Shown here piece by piece: positions 50,501 through 61,561 of a DNA stretch of 64,000 nt (the first letter of the stretch is position 1; each line of letters begins with the position of its first letter). The notes below the pieces were generated by a model. That model saw only the letters and a program-made list of their open reading frames with translations. It was not told where the DNA came from and made no database searches. The stretch is from an uncultured cyanobacterium (lineage in GTDB: Bacteria > Cyanobacteriota > Cyanobacteriia > Phormidesmidales > Phormidesmidaceae), in the NCBI GenBank assembly GCA_963793265.1, contig CAWBZI010000001.1, positions 480,001-544,000 of the forward strand. Direction: 5' to 3'. A program made the translations under genes and the position numbers.

Positions 50501-52528
50501 GTGACTTATTCTCCGCTTCTACCAGCCGCTCCATCGGACAGTATCTCATCGCCTGATTTGTCTTGCATACTAGCCGATAGCCTACTGAGCAAAGTGGGCT
50601 GCTTGCTACACTGCCCAATCGATACACCGCTGCTTTGGCTGCAGGTACTTTCGGTATTGAGTAAGGCTTTTGAATGCACATCAGCGCAGCTCTTTTTACC
50701 GGGGCTATTAAGCGAGCAAACTCATTATTGCTGGAAGGGCGATCGCCGTGGCAAAAAATCCGACAGAATAGAAGCTTCTCAGTACAAATCAGCGCTGCCC
50801 GCTGACGCAGTATCGCTACTGTGGCGCTATTTGAGCATTAAGCAGGCTGAAATCGATGTTTTGTGGCAGCACCAGGCAACTGATTTACAGGCGCAGCTAT
50901 CAGCTTTGGCCGATGGCGGAGACTTTCACTTAAGTGGTGCTCAAGTCTATGCAGCAGCAGATTGGCCGGATGAGTTAGTGCAAATTTTTGGGACGGCTGA
51001 AGGCAGGCAGCTCGTTTTGCTGCCGCTCTGTCATGACTCTGGCGATGACAATGCCGATCCAGGTTCGATGAGAGCCCCACATTGTTTGGGTGTGCTAGCG
51101 CTATTGCGGGCTGCCGATCAGGCTGAGTGGACAACGCGATCGCTACAGCTTGTTGAGCTTGTGGGTAGTCAGATTTATTTGGCAATGCGGCGATCGCACC
51201 TCGATCAGGTGTCTCGCACCCGCAGCGCCTACGACCAGCTCACCCAGCTCCCCGACCGCGTTTTATTCAACCAGCAGCTCATCCGCTCAATCTCAATGGC
51301 AACTGAGCAGGACACCATGCTAGGGGTCGCCTTTCTAGACCTAGATCGGTTCAAGAACATCAACGATACGCTGGGCCACGAAGCGGGCGACTGCTTGCTA
51401 CAGCAGGTGGCCGGGCGATTGAAAAGCTGCCTGAGAGGCTACGATGTGGTCGCCAGATGGGGCGGTGATGAGTTTACGCTGCTGCTTTCTGGCCTACGGT
51501 CGGCTGAAGACGTTTCGGGCATTTCAGAGCGCATTTTGCAGCGACTCGCGGCCCCTTTTCAGGTGCAGGGCGAGGAGCTTTATGTGACAGCTAGCTTAGG
51601 AATTGCCCTTGCACCTTACGATGGCGAAGACGGGCAGACCTTACTGCGCAATGCCGATGCGGCGATGTATCAGGCCAAAGCCCGAGGCCGAAATAACTAT
51701 CAGGTTTATTTTGAAGAAATTAACGCGGACGCGCGCACTCAGTTAAATTTAGAAACAGACTTGCGCAAAGCACTTGATGGCGATGAGCTGTTTCTTTGCT
51801 ACCAGCCCCAAGTCGATTTGTCAGACGGCCATTGGATCGGGCTAGAAGCGCTTATCCGCTGGCAGCATCCGACGCTAGGGCTGATTCCACCTGATAGATT
51901 TATTCCGATTGCCGAAGAAACAGGTCTAATTGAGCCGATTGGTCACTGGGTATTACAAGAAGCCTGCGCTCAGTACGGTAAGTGGCACAGCCTTGGTTTT
52001 CCAAAGCTACGTTTAGCAGTGAACCTTTCTGCCCACCAATTTCATCGCAGCTACTTAGTGCGCTCTATTTTGCAGATTTTAAAGGCGACTAGCTTTGATC
52101 CGCGCTACTTGGAGATAGAAGTCACTGAGAGCGCAGCTATGCACGATGTTAGCTTCGCGATTGAAGTGCTCAAGAAGCTCTCTCATGCCGGAATGCAAAT
52201 CGCAATGGATGACTTTGGTACGGGCTACTCGTCGCTGAGCGTTCTGAAGCATTTCCCGCTAGATACGATTAAAATTGACCGCTCTTTTGTGATGGACTTG
52301 GTAGATAGCCCCAGTGATGCTGCGATCGCCTCTACCATCATTGCCCTAGCCAAAGGTCTTAACTTCAAGGTACTTGCCGAAGGCATTGAAACCCCCGAGC
52401 AAATCGCCGTACTCAGCAAAATGGGCTGTGACTATGCCCAAGGCTATTGGTATAGCCGCCCGCTTACGGTGCAGCACATCAACGACTTGCTCACTCAGGG
52501 CAAATTTTACGAGCAGGCTAAGCTTTAG
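50501..52528 (+). CDS. GAF-like + GGDEF + EAL diguanylate cyclase/phosphodiesterase
   Basis: DLDRFKNINDTLGH, RGYD..RWGGDEF, EALIRW, DDFGTGYSS, KIDRSF, AEGIE, QG; start uncertain (50420/50465/50501). Confidence 0.92.
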   Translation: MTYSPLLPAAPSDSISSPDLSCILADSLLSKVGCLLHCPIDTPLLWLQVLSVLSKAFECTSAQLFLPGLLSEQTHYCWKGDRRGKKSDRIEASQYKSALPADAVSLLWRYLSIKQAEIDVLWQHQATDLQAQLSALADGGDFHLSGAQVYAAADWPDELVQIFGTAEGRQLVLLPLCHDSGDDNADPGSMRAPHCLGVLALLRAADQAEWTTRSLQLVELVGSQIYLAMRRSHLDQVSRTRSAYDQLTQLPDRVLFNQQLIRSISMATEQDTMLGVAFLDLDRFKNINDTLGHEAGDCLLQQVAGRLKSCLRGYDVVARWGGDEFTLLLSGLRSAEDVSGISERILQRLAAPFQVQGEELYVTASLGIALAPYDGEDGQTLLRNADAAMYQAKARGRNNYQVYFEEINADARTQLNLETDLRKALDGDELFLCYQPQVDLSDGHWIGLEALIRWQHPTLGLIPPDRFIPIAEETGLIEPIGHWVLQEACAQYGKWHSLGFPKLRLAVNLSAHQFHRSYLVRSILQILKATSFDPRYLEIEVTESAAMHDVSFAIEVLKKLSHAGMQIAMDDFGTGYSSLSVLKHFPLDTIKIDRSFVMDLVDSPSDAAIASTIIALAKGLNFKVLAEGIETPEQIAVLSKMGCDYAQGYWYSRPLTVQHINDLLTQGKFYEQAKL

Positions 52529-53216
52529 CTTTTAGCCCTTTAGGCAGCAGCGTTTCTGGCTTTAGTCCGCACAGTTCATCAGCTTCAGCCGCTCGCATAT
52601 CCCAAGGCACGATTGAAAAGAAAAATAGCGTTGAGGCCATGATCAAGCCGCTGTTGAGGAACTGCCAGCGAGGACTGAGAACAAGAAAGACAATGCCCAG
52701 GCCATGCACTAAACTGGCTGCGCTAAAAGAGCGCGATCTAAGACCAACTGCCATCGCAAAATAGCCTGCTGCACAAAGCCCTAGCCACAGCGAGCAAAGG
52801 TTCATAAGCACGATGCCAATGCTACCAAAAATGCCGTAGGCAGTGACGATCATACCGCCCGTCATCAGTACAGCCCAAAGCACGATGACCCACCGCAATC
52901 TTTCACTACAAGCTAGTCGCCAGGTGAGCTGAGAGGTGCTGGCAATGCCTGCACTGGTTAAAGCGGCATCTATAAAAGCTTGTGTTGTCCAGCTCAGCGT
53001 AGAGAACTGAGCGGTTGAGAAAATGGCTAGCGCCACGATTCCCCAGATTACAAAAGCCTGATCAAGCTCGCTGAAAGGAAGGGCTGGAAAGGTGATATTC
53101 GGTTTTTTGAAACGGATTCCTTTAGCGTAAGCTTTGATGAGCCCGCTGAGATCTCGCAGGGCGATCGCTTTGGGATGTAGGGGCAGCAGATGTTCGTTTA
53201 GATCAAAAGAAGTCAT
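52518..53216 (-). CDS. Hypothetical multi-pass membrane protein
   Basis: About 6 hydrophobic segments; LWLGLCAAGY motif. Confidence 0.7.
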   Translation of the reverse strand: MTSFDLNEHLLPLHPKAIALRDLSGLIKAYAKGIRFKKPNITFPALPFSELDQAFVIWGIVALAIFSTAQFSTLSWTTQAFIDAALTSAGIASTSQLTWRLACSERLRWVIVLWAVLMTGGMIVTAYGIFGSIGIVLMNLCSLWLGLCAAGYFAMAVGLRSRSFSAASLVHGLGIVFLVLSPRWQFLNSGLIMASTLFFFSIVPWDMRAAEADELCGLKPETLLPKGLKAKA

Positions 53217-53429
53217 ATGGACGGGTATAAAATCCCAACTAACTACTCGACAGTGGCCTGAGCAATTGTTTGCTCTATATTTACCTTGGGCCGGAACGAT
53301 AAGACAGTTGTAGAATTGTAACCGATAGTTAAGGAAATATTATATTTACATTTTATTTGGGAAATGCGATCGCTCAAAAGGGGCAGTTAAGCGCGTTACC
53401 ATACTCTTCTGGCCCGTTATTACGCTTCA

Positions 53430-54458
53430 ATGACATTTTTAGATCCAATCGCCTCAGATTCAACTGCTTCTATCCGCTCGTCTTTATCCGTGCCATCGGC
53501 TGTTTTTGAAGCTGCTAAAGCTGGCGCGTTTGCGTTGGAATCTAAGGATTTACGAAAAGGATACGGTAAGGGCAAGCGTAGGCTAGAAGCTGTACGCGGT
53601 GTCTCTTTGTCTATTCGCTCGGGAGAGGTGCTGGCTTTTTTGGGGCCGAACGGTGCGGGCAAAACCACTACGATCAAGATGATTGCCGGTTTGATTCGCC
53701 CGGATACTGGCTGGGTGAAAATTGCGGGCGCGAATCCACACCAGCAGCCTCAGGCGCTACGAGGCGTTGGTGCGGTGCTAGAGGGTAATCGTAATTTGTA
53801 CTGGCGACTAACGCCGCTGGAGAATCTGGAATACTTTGGGGTGCTAAGGCAGATGCCTCGAAAGCGAGTGCGGCAGCGGGGCGAGCAGCTTCTGGAGGCG
53901 TTTGGCCTGATGGATAAGCGCAATCTGCCGGTACAGAAGCTTTCGCGAGGAATGCAACAAAAGATTGCGATCGCAGTAGCTCTTATCCACGAACCCAAGC
54001 TCTTATTACTAGACGAACCCACTTTGGGTTTAGACGTAGAGTCGGGCGAAACGGTAAAGCAACTGGTCAGACAGGTTGCGGCCTCTGGCTGTGCGATTTT
54101 GCTCACCACGCATCAGCTCAACGTGGCCGAAGAACTCTCTGATCGAGTGGCAATTATTCGTCAGGGGCAGATTGTTGCAGAGCAGTCTACACAGGCGCTA
54201 ATTCGACAGTTTTCTGATAGTGCGGCCTACAAAATTGAGTTTGATGGTGTGCTAACCAAAGAGAAGAGATTGTTGATTACTTCTTTGGGAGCAACGGTTA
54301 GCGATCGCCATATCCGCTACAGCGCTGGCCCTCAATCTGCTCTCTATAAAATCCTCAGCCTTTTAGATCCGTTGCCTCTAATAGAAGTTAGGCAAGATAG
54401 AGCTGATTTGACTGACGTGTTCTTAAAGCTGACGACAGGAGAATTAAGCAATGATTGA
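53430..54458 (+). CDS. ABC transporter ATP-binding protein
   Basis: GPNGAGKTT, LSRGMQQK, LLLDEPT and TTH motifs. Confidence 0.92.
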   Translation: MTFLDPIASDSTASIRSSLSVPSAVFEAAKAGAFALESKDLRKGYGKGKRRLEAVRGVSLSIRSGEVLAFLGPNGAGKTTTIKMIAGLIRPDTGWVKIAGANPHQQPQALRGVGAVLEGNRNLYWRLTPLENLEYFGVLRQMPRKRVRQRGEQLLEAFGLMDKRNLPVQKLSRGMQQKIAIAVALIHEPKLLLLDEPTLGLDVESGETVKQLVRQVAASGCAILLTTHQLNVAEELSDRVAIIRQGQIVAEQSTQALIRQFSDSAAYKIEFDGVLTKEKRLLITSLGATVSDRHIRYSAGPQSALYKILSLLDPLPLIEVRQDRADLTDVFLKLTTGELSND

Positions 54459-55224
54459 TTTGCTCATTGGCGAGCTGAAGCGAACCTGGACTCAGACCCG
54501 GCGCTACCCTACTGAAGTTGTAGGCGGCGTGGTGATTTTGACGACGGTGTTCTACGGCATATTTATTAGTACACAGTATATTGCGGGGCCTGCGAGTACG
54601 TTTGGCGATCGCCTAGACTCTGTAGTCGTTGGCTACGTCATTTGGACGCTGGTGCTCTACATCGTCAATGACATCGCGAATAATCTACAGATAGAGGCGC
54701 AAACGGGGACGCTAGAGCAGGTGTTTTTATCGCCGTTTGGAGCGCCTCGGGTATTTTTGGCGCGGGCGATTGCTAGCCTGAGTCTGCGAATTCTTCTAAT
54801 CGCTATCGTGTTAGGTCTAATCATTCTAATTACAGGCAGCCGAATCGCTTTTCCACCTGCTTTATTGCTGCCACTATCGACGCTTCTACTCAGCGCTTAC
54901 GGACTAGCATTTTTCATCGGTTCTTTTGCGCTGGTGTTCAAAAAAGTGCAGCAGCTACTCGGCATTTTTCAGTTTGTACTGCTGTTTCTACTCGCTGCAC
55001 CGACTGAAGACTTTACGGGCGGTGCGCGAGTAGCGGCTAATATGATGCCGATTTTGCCTAGCGTTGGGCTGCTACGAGGGTTGATGGCGAGGGGAGAAAG
55101 TTTGGATTTTAGGGTGTGGGCGATCGCGCTAGCCAACGGCCTCATCTACTTTGTTCTAGGCACCTTAGTTTTTCGCTGGGCCGAAGGAAAAGCAAAGCGA
55201 CAAGGCACTTTAGGCGGCTATTAA
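54451..55224 (+). CDS. ABC-2 transporter permease
   Basis: EAQTGTLEQVFLSP, 6 TM, C-terminal AKRQGTLGGY; overlaps the ATPase stop. Confidence 0.88.
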   Translation: MIDLLIGELKRTWTQTRRYPTEVVGGVVILTTVFYGIFISTQYIAGPASTFGDRLDSVVVGYVIWTLVLYIVNDIANNLQIEAQTGTLEQVFLSPFGAPRVFLARAIASLSLRILLIAIVLGLIILITGSRIAFPPALLLPLSTLLLSAYGLAFFIGSFALVFKKVQQLLGIFQFVLLFLLAAPTEDFTGGARVAANMMPILPSVGLLRGLMARGESLDFRVWAIALANGLIYFVLGTLVFRWAEGKAKRQGTLGGY

Positions 55225-55257
55225 AGGCTCTGTCGAATCCAGTTTAGGTCGAGCGCG

Positions 55258-56544
55258 CTAACGGTTGTTCCACTCGTCAGCAGCATCGGTCACAGCCTGA
55301 TCAACCGTTTTATCCCCTAGCATAGAAGCCTGAAGGTTGTCGTAGATGATGTTTTGCAGCTCTTTCACGTCTTCCATTGCTGGAATGAGCACCGCCGCAT
55401 CATCTAGCTGGCTTGCACTCACCGAGCGGGCAACCTCGACAGGCGAGGTATCTGCTGAGACTTCAGTAAAGTAGCTGTCTTCCATAGCTTTTACGGTAGA
55501 AGGCAACACGTTTCCTACTTTGGCAAACTCAAGCTGATTTTCGTCATTAGTGACGTAGGTGGCAAACTTCAAAGCCGCTGCTTCAGCGTCAGTAGATTTT
55601 GGGATGACCAAATCCATCGCAGCCACATTTTTTTTGCCAGTGCTACCGCTAATTTGAGGCGCTGATTTGGTGGCCGCCGCAATATCAGGCGCGTTGCTCT
55701 CGATGCTGCTTAGGAACTCCGCACCAGAAGCCAAAATAGCCGTCTCGCCAGACTGATAGAGCTGAATGGCCTGCTGATGGCCTTGAGTAAGTACTTCGCG
55801 GGGTAGCAACTCTTGCTGATAAAGGTCAGTCCAGTACTGAAACACCTTTTTGCCCTCTGGCGTATCAAAAGCAGCGTTGCCTTCTTCATCTACCAAAGAC
55901 ACACCCATTTGCACAAACGACTGAAGCACATCGGCGGCATCGTCGGGCACGAAGCTAATAAAGAAAGCGTACTTACCTGTTTTTTCCTTAATCTGCTTAG
56001 CAACTGTTGCAAGTTCCTCAAAGGTTGCAGGCGGTTCGCTCACACCTGCAGCTTCAAAAATTTCAGTGTTGTAAAGGGTTACGCGAGTGGTGAGATACCA
56101 GGGAAAGCCAAAGCTATCGCCGTTGAGCTGAGTCGCCTCCCAAATTTTGGGCAAATAAACGGCCTGCTCTTCGGGTGATAGCTTGTCGTCTAGCGTCAAC
56201 CAGGCACCTTTTGAGGCGAGCTGAGAAGCGAAGTTAGGATTTAAATTCACAACATCTGGCGCATTGCCTGCTGAAACCGCCGCCAAAATCTTTGTTTCCA
56301 TATCGCCCCAAGGCACATCTACCCACTTCACGGTAATGTCTGGGTTTTCGGCTTCAAAGTCAGCAATAAGCTCGTTAAAGTAGCCGTCAAACTTGGGCGA
56401 AAGCTGCATTGTCCAAAATTCGACCTCGGCAGGCCCGTCGGTTGAGCTAGCGGTGGTGGCGCTGCCGCAGCTAATCAGCCAGCTTGAGAATAAGCCAACG
56501 AGGGCAAGGGCAAGAAACCGTTTCCAGTGGCGGATGAATGACAT
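55258..56544 (-). CDS. Sugar ABC transporter substrate-binding lipoprotein
   Basis: Lipobox LISC, EFWTMQL, APDVVNLNP, FPWYLTT. Confidence 0.9.
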   Translation of the reverse strand: MSFIRHWKRFLALALVGLFSSWLISCGSATTASSTDGPAEVEFWTMQLSPKFDGYFNELIADFEAENPDITVKWVDVPWGDMETKILAAVSAGNAPDVVNLNPNFASQLASKGAWLTLDDKLSPEEQAVYLPKIWEATQLNGDSFGFPWYLTTRVTLYNTEIFEAAGVSEPPATFEELATVAKQIKEKTGKYAFFISFVPDDAADVLQSFVQMGVSLVDEEGNAAFDTPEGKKVFQYWTDLYQQELLPREVLTQGHQQAIQLYQSGETAILASGAEFLSSIESNAPDIAAATKSAPQISGSTGKKNVAAMDLVIPKSTDAEAAALKFATYVTNDENQLEFAKVGNVLPSTVKAMEDSYFTEVSADTSPVEVARSVSASQLDDAAVLIPAMEDVKELQNIIYDNLQASMLGDKTVDQAVTDAADEWNNR

Positions 56545-56663
56545 GGTGGGTACAACAACTCAGCGTGATGATCTGTGACTTTACAGCACAAATTGCCTGT
56601 TTGGGTAAGCCCTGTAGGCCACATTTTTGCTCAAGTTTCTGTGGGTAAGCGATCGCCGAACAT

Positions 56664-57278
56664 CTATGACTTAGCCGTCAAAACCTGCTGAGCTGTCAGC
56701 GTCAAGCCTGAAAAGCTCGGAGAAACTATTCGCTGATCGCCGCGCAGCACTGTTGTTTGATAGCGCCTGTCTTCATCAAGAATGCAAACCGTCAGCGTAG
56801 GTTGCTTAGGGCGGCCAATAAAAATTTCACCGCCGAGCCCTGCATGATCAACAATCCAATATTCTCTAATGCCTAAAATTGCATAATCTTCAAACTTACG
56901 AGCATAGTCATTCTGCCAATTGCTACTGACGATTTCGGCAACAAATTTAATCGACTGAGCCAGCATCAAAATCGACTCCCTTGCCCAAAGCGGTTCCTGC
57001 GCTAAAGTTTCACTATTTACGACCATCACATCTGGACGAAAGGCTGTGAAGTTGCCTAATGGCTTGAGGATGCCGCGCTGCAAAATGAAATAAGGTAGGT
57101 CTGCTGTATCAATCTGGACGTTGAGCTTACGATCAATAAAAGCGGCTACCTGCTCATGCGGCCCGGTCGGTTCCAAGTCAAATACCTCACCATCAATCAG
57201 TTCATAACGACTATCGTCGCCGTACTGCGATAAAAACTGCTCAACTGTTATGGGGCTTGACTGTACAACCGTCACCAT
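56664..57278 (-). CDS. Uma2 family (DUF820) endonuclease-like protein
   Basis: RYELIDGE, RPDV, VAEIVS..DY..K..DYAILGIREYWIVD motifs. Confidence 0.9.
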   Translation of the reverse strand: MVTVVQSSPITVEQFLSQYGDDSRYELIDGEVFDLEPTGPHEQVAAFIDRKLNVQIDTADLPYFILQRGILKPLGNFTAFRPDVMVVNSETLAQEPLWARESILMLAQSIKFVAEIVSSNWQNDYARKFEDYAILGIREYWIVDHAGLGGEIFIGRPKQPTLTVCILDEDRRYQTTVLRGDQRIVSPSFSGLTLTAQQVLTAKS

Positions 57279-57322
57279 AGCTATGCCTTCTCGGGTATCG
57301 CTGCTATCAAACTTTTACAGAG

Positions 57323-58582
57323 CTACGTAATTTGTACCTTATTAGCACACGCTTTAGCCCGTTCTCTCGCTTCATCTGTCGTGTTTCCTAAAGCCAAAGC
57401 CACACCCATCCGCCGATTTTTATAGGCTCTTGGCTTGCCAAATAGCCGAAGCTGACTGGTCGGTACGCTCAATGCCTCTGCCATCCCGCTAAATTGAGGC
57501 GTATCTGTCGCCTCAGTCGCTAAGATAACCGCCGAGGCACCAGGCCGAATCAGCTCAATTTCACCAATAGGCAGGCCCAAAATCGCGCGGACATGAAGCG
57601 CAAATTCTGACTGGTTTTGACTAACCATCGTCACCATGCCGGTGTCATGAGGGCGCGGGCTCACTTCGCTGAAGTAAACCGTTTGAGCGCCATCGGCTGA
57701 ACCGGCGATAAATAGCTCTACGCCAAAGAGGCCCCAGCCGCCCAGCGCTTCAGTAACTTTAGCCGCCATGTCTTGACAGGCTTCTAATGTGTCAGGCGTC
57801 AGCGCACAGGGCTGCCACGATTCGCGGTAATCACCGCTTTGCTGAATATGACCAATGGGCGGGCAAAAGTGGGTGCCAGAAACTGAGCGCACGGTGAGCA
57901 AAGTAATTTCGGTTTCAAAGTCTACGAAACCCTCTACGATCACCCGAGCTTCTTGGCCGCGTCCCGCTTCAAAAGCGTAGTTCCAGGCGGCGTCAATATC
58001 TTCGGGGGTTCGAACGGTGCTTTGCCCTTTACCTGATGAACTCATCACTGGCTTAACCACACAGGGTAAGCCGATGGCCTCAATGGCTGCTCGGTATTCT
58101 GCGGCGGTAGAAGCGAATCTATAAGGAGAGGTCTTGAGCCCTAGCTCGTCTGCAGCAAGGCGGCGGATGCCTTCTCTGTCCATAGTGAGATGGGTGGCTT
58201 TGGCGGTGGGGATGACGCGCCAGCCGGATTGTTCTAAGTCGAGGAGGGTTTTAGTTGCGATCGCCTCCACCTCCGGCACAATCAAATCCGGCTTCACAGC
58301 CTCCACCAAATCCTGCAACGCCTTCCCATCAAGCATGTTTGTTACATAACTGCTGTGGGCAAACTGCATTGCCGGTGCCTTTTCGTAAGCATCGACTGCA
58401 ATCACCTCTATACCAAGCCGCATCGCTTCTAAAGCAACCTCGCGACCAAGCTCACCAGCGCCTAACAAAAGCAGGCGCTTTGCTTGCGGGCTACCAGGAG
58501 CGCCCCACGGTGTCTCGGCAGACCTGACAGTAGCAGAATCATTGCCTGAAGGTGGCTGAGATAAGGAGGAAACGTTGCTCAT
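57323..58582 (-). CDS. purT: Formate-dependent phosphoribosylglycinamide formyltransferase
   Basis: [43 protein letters not shown] and RRMGVALA motifs; start 58582 or 58627. Confidence 0.96.
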   Translation of the reverse strand: MSNVSSLSQPPSGNDSATVRSAETPWGAPGSPQAKRLLLLGAGELGREVALEAMRLGIEVIAVDAYEKAPAMQFAHSSYVTNMLDGKALQDLVEAVKPDLIVPEVEAIATKTLLDLEQSGWRVIPTAKATHLTMDREGIRRLAADELGLKTSPYRFASTAAEYRAAIEAIGLPCVVKPVMSSSGKGQSTVRTPEDIDAAWNYAFEAGRGQEARVIVEGFVDFETEITLLTVRSVSGTHFCPPIGHIQQSGDYRESWQPCALTPDTLEACQDMAAKVTEALGGWGLFGVELFIAGSADGAQTVYFSEVSPRPHDTGMVTMVSQNQSEFALHVRAILGLPIGEIELIRPGASAVILATEATDTPQFSGMAEALSVPTSQLRLFGKPRAYKNRRMGVALALGNTTDEARERAKACANKVQIT

Positions 58583-58799
58583 AGTGGGGCCTTTGGGTTC
58601 ACCGTAGCTTTGTAGCAGCACATACATGCACGTAAGTGCACTTTGCGCTAAGGGGGCTCAGGCGCACGTCACATGTAATTTTCTTGTTGCAACCTGGGCA
58701 ATCTAGAGTCCAAATTCGGATCTTTAATTCTACCGGGATTAAACCCTAAAGGGAACCTTTTGCAGGGTTGCCGTCATCACTCACTGGGCAAGCGTAGTC

Positions 58800-59891
58800 G
58801 TGAACAGACTCAAGTCTCTATTTTCCAAAAAATCGTCAGGGGTCGGCATCGAGCTAACGCCTGAGCGCATTAATGTTGCCCGCCTCAAAAAGCAAGGGCA
58901 AAAGCTTAAGCTGCAAACCCTAGCAACCGCCGAAATTCCTGAAGGCATCTTTGAGGAAGGCCAGATTGTCGATAGCCCGGCGATGGCTGAGATTATTCAG
59001 TCCACCTTGGCAGAGCACAAAATCAAAGTTAGCCAGGCTTCTACTGCTGTGCCCGGACGCGCCGTCACCCGTGTGATTCCGGTACCCGCAGAACTCGATG
59101 ACAACGAGCTAAGAGAAATGGTTCTTAACCAAGAAGCCAGCCTGTATCTGCCGTTTCCGCGAGACGAAGCTGACGTTGATTATCAAAAGCTTGGCTTCTT
59201 TGTAGATGATGACGGCATTGAAAAGGTTCAGGTGCTACTCGTCGCTGTCAAGAAAGACATTACCGATAGCTACACCGAGACGTTTGCTCAAGCAGGCTTA
59301 AGTCTCACGGTATTAGAAACCAGCAGCTTTGCACTCATCCGCACCATCCGCGAGCAACTGCGGCAGTTCACCTCTCAAGAAGCCGCTGCCATTGTTGATA
59401 TTCAGTTTGAAAGCACTGAAATTTCAATCGTGGTAGACGGTATTCCTCACTTTTCACGCACCGTCCCGCTCGGCACCTCTCAAATTCAAAATGCTTTGAG
59501 CCGGGCAATGAACCTACCGCCATCGCGGAATGCAGATTTGCTTCAGGGCATGTCGATTCCACCGGGGCCAATGGCAGGCGGGCCAAAAGGCGGCATGAAC
59601 CCAGGCACAGCGGCCATGTTGCGCGTAGTAGGTGAGCTTTCTGACGAGCTGAGACGGTCAATCGATTTTTACTTAAACCAGGGAGAAGATATGGAGGTCG
59701 CACAGCTTCTGCTGGCAGGGGCCGGTAGCGCTATTGGCAATTTAGACGAGTTCTTTTCTCAGCGCTTAGGACTACCGGCTAGCGTAATCGACCCGGTAGA
59801 TTCTTTGGCAATTGAGATGGATGAAGAACTATCGCCGGTTCAGCGTTCAGGGCTAGCGACGGTGCTTGGCTTAGGCCTTAGAGAAGTTTAG
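58800..59891 (+). CDS. pilM: Type IV pilus assembly protein PilM
   Basis: GVGIEL, EASLYLPFPRDEADVDY, ELRRSIDFY, LGLGLREV. Confidence 0.93.
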   Translation: MNRLKSLFSKKSSGVGIELTPERINVARLKKQGQKLKLQTLATAEIPEGIFEEGQIVDSPAMAEIIQSTLAEHKIKVSQASTAVPGRAVTRVIPVPAELDDNELREMVLNQEASLYLPFPRDEADVDYQKLGFFVDDDGIEKVQVLLVAVKKDITDSYTETFAQAGLSLTVLETSSFALIRTIREQLRQFTSQEAAAIVDIQFESTEISIVVDGIPHFSRTVPLGTSQIQNALSRAMNLPPSRNADLLQGMSIPPGPMAGGPKGGMNPGTAAMLRVVGELSDELRRSIDFYLNQGEDMEVAQLLLAGAGSAIGNLDEFFSQRLGLPASVIDPVDSLAIEMDEELSPVQRSGLATVLGLGLREV

Positions 59892-59908
59892 GAAAGGAGG
59901 TTTGAGCC

Positions 59909-60661
59909 ATGTACGGAATTGATATTAACTTTTTGAACGACCGCAAAGACCGCCCAACAGAGGCGATTGTTCCGGTCAAAAAGGCAAAGGGGAGTTCAGG
60001 CAGTAAGCTGCCGATATTTGTGGGGATGGGTGTTGCTGTGGCTGCTTGCGCAGCCGTTGGTGGCTCCTGGCTGGTGCTTCAGAGCCAGCAGAAAGGACTT
60101 GCGGCTGAGAACGCCGTTTTAGACGCGCAGCTCACTGAGCTTCAGCAAAAGCTGGCGCAAGTTGATACGGTTCGCCAGCAAACGGCGGCTGTGAACAATG
60201 AAATCCAGGCGCTCGCTAGCGTGTTTGAGCGCATTCGCCCCTGGTCTGCGATTGTGCGCGACGTTCAGTCCAGAATTCCAAACCGCACTCAAATTTCACG
60301 ACTGGTACAAACAGCGCCCGCTTTAGAAGACGGCGGCTCTGCGGCGGGCGGCTTAGATTTGGGCGGCAATGCCTGTTCATTTGATGACGTTAACGACTTT
60401 TTGTTGACGCTCCAAGCCTCGCCCTTTTTAGACAGTGAATCGTTAGAAATTTCGACCGCCACTTTAGGGCAGGTGGTCGAGGGCCGTTGCCCTGGAGAGG
60501 TCGAAGACGGGTCGCCTTTGGCACTTGTCAACTACACCATCGTTGGCGATATCAAGAGCATTCCAGCCACGATGCTGCTCGATGAATTAAACCGCCAGCA
60601 AGAATCTACCGGGCTGGCTGCTCGGATTCGTGCCCTTCAAGAAACAGGAGCAATTGAGTAA
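59909..60661 (+). CDS. pilN: Type IV pilus assembly protein PilN
   Basis: INFL motif, TM, coiled coil, SFDDVNDFLLTLQASPFL. Confidence 0.9.
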   Translation: MYGIDINFLNDRKDRPTEAIVPVKKAKGSSGSKLPIFVGMGVAVAACAAVGGSWLVLQSQQKGLAAENAVLDAQLTELQQKLAQVDTVRQQTAAVNNEIQALASVFERIRPWSAIVRDVQSRIPNRTQISRLVQTAPALEDGGSAAGGLDLGGNACSFDDVNDFLLTLQASPFLDSESLEISTATLGQVVEGRCPGEVEDGSPLALVNYTIVGDIKSIPATMLLDELNRQQESTGLAARIRALQETGAIE

Positions 60662-61476
60662 TGGCTGCTATTGGAGATTTTATTCCACCTGATGATGCTG
60701 ATTTTATTGACGAACCTCTTAATCCGGTCGTCTTTGGCATTGAGATATCCCCCACTATTATTGCTGTGCTGATTGCCCTATTGGGAATCGGTGGCGCGAG
60801 CTATGGCTTTGTCAAAATGGTCAAGCCTGTGATGGAGCGTAACGATACGCTGCGTCAGGACATTGTTGCTAAAACAGGTCAGCTCGCCTCTCAACGGCAG
60901 CAGCTAGAAGACGTGGCCAAAATAGAGGCTCAGCTAGAAGATGCCATGCAGCGTCGTCGCAATGTCTATTCACTGTTTGCTAACGAAGAGACGATGGATA
61001 CGCTGCTGCTCGACATCAATCAGCGAATTGAGTCTAGCAATGCCTCGCTGAGCGGCGTACGCTCTCAAGTCTTTAGCAGAGATATCCCACCTGTTTTGGT
61101 AGAGGCTCAGCTACAGTCATTTTCGCCAACTGAGAAAGGCGTGATTGAAGATAGCTCTATGGGCGAGAGCATTAACGGCAAGCTCAGACGCGAAACTTAC
61201 TCTGTTCAGTTCACCGGAGACTATGCCCAAACTCAGTCAATTTTACGCAACTTAGAGCGTTTGGAGCCGCTGCTGCTGGTGCGTGACTTTAATATGACGA
61301 GCGGCCAAGAGGTGCTTGAAACCGTGATTGGAGAGGGTGGTCAGGTGGTAGCTCGGAGCAAAACGCCGATTAATACCTCTTTTCAGCTCGATGCGCTGAT
61401 GCCGACTGCTGACGCTGACGTACCGCCGGAGATTGCGCCGCCGCCTGTTGAAGACCCTGCCGCTGAAGGCGGATAG
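60661..61476 (+). CDS. pilO: Type IV pilus assembly protein PilO
   Basis: TM + coiled coil, TLLLDIN, GDYAQTQSILRNLERLEPLL; operon position. Confidence 0.85.
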   Translation: MAAIGDFIPPDDADFIDEPLNPVVFGIEISPTIIAVLIALLGIGGASYGFVKMVKPVMERNDTLRQDIVAKTGQLASQRQQLEDVAKIEAQLEDAMQRRRNVYSLFANEETMDTLLLDINQRIESSNASLSGVRSQVFSRDIPPVLVEAQLQSFSPTEKGVIEDSSMGESINGKLRRETYSVQFTGDYAQTQSILRNLERLEPLLLVRDFNMTSGQEVLETVIGEGGQVVARSKTPINTSFQLDALMPTADADVPPEIAPPPVEDPAAEGG

Positions 61477-61561
61477 GTTCTTCTAAGCTGTCTGGTTGCT
61501 TTCATTCTCACTTATTTTCATCTATTTAATTCACCGCTAGTTTTGACTCAAGGAGTGCCCT

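Noticed and set aside
58751..58777. GGAAC...GTC ECF-like promoter upstream of pilM
   Set aside because: Spacer is 2 nt shorter than the sigmaE-type consensus, so not supportable from sequence alone
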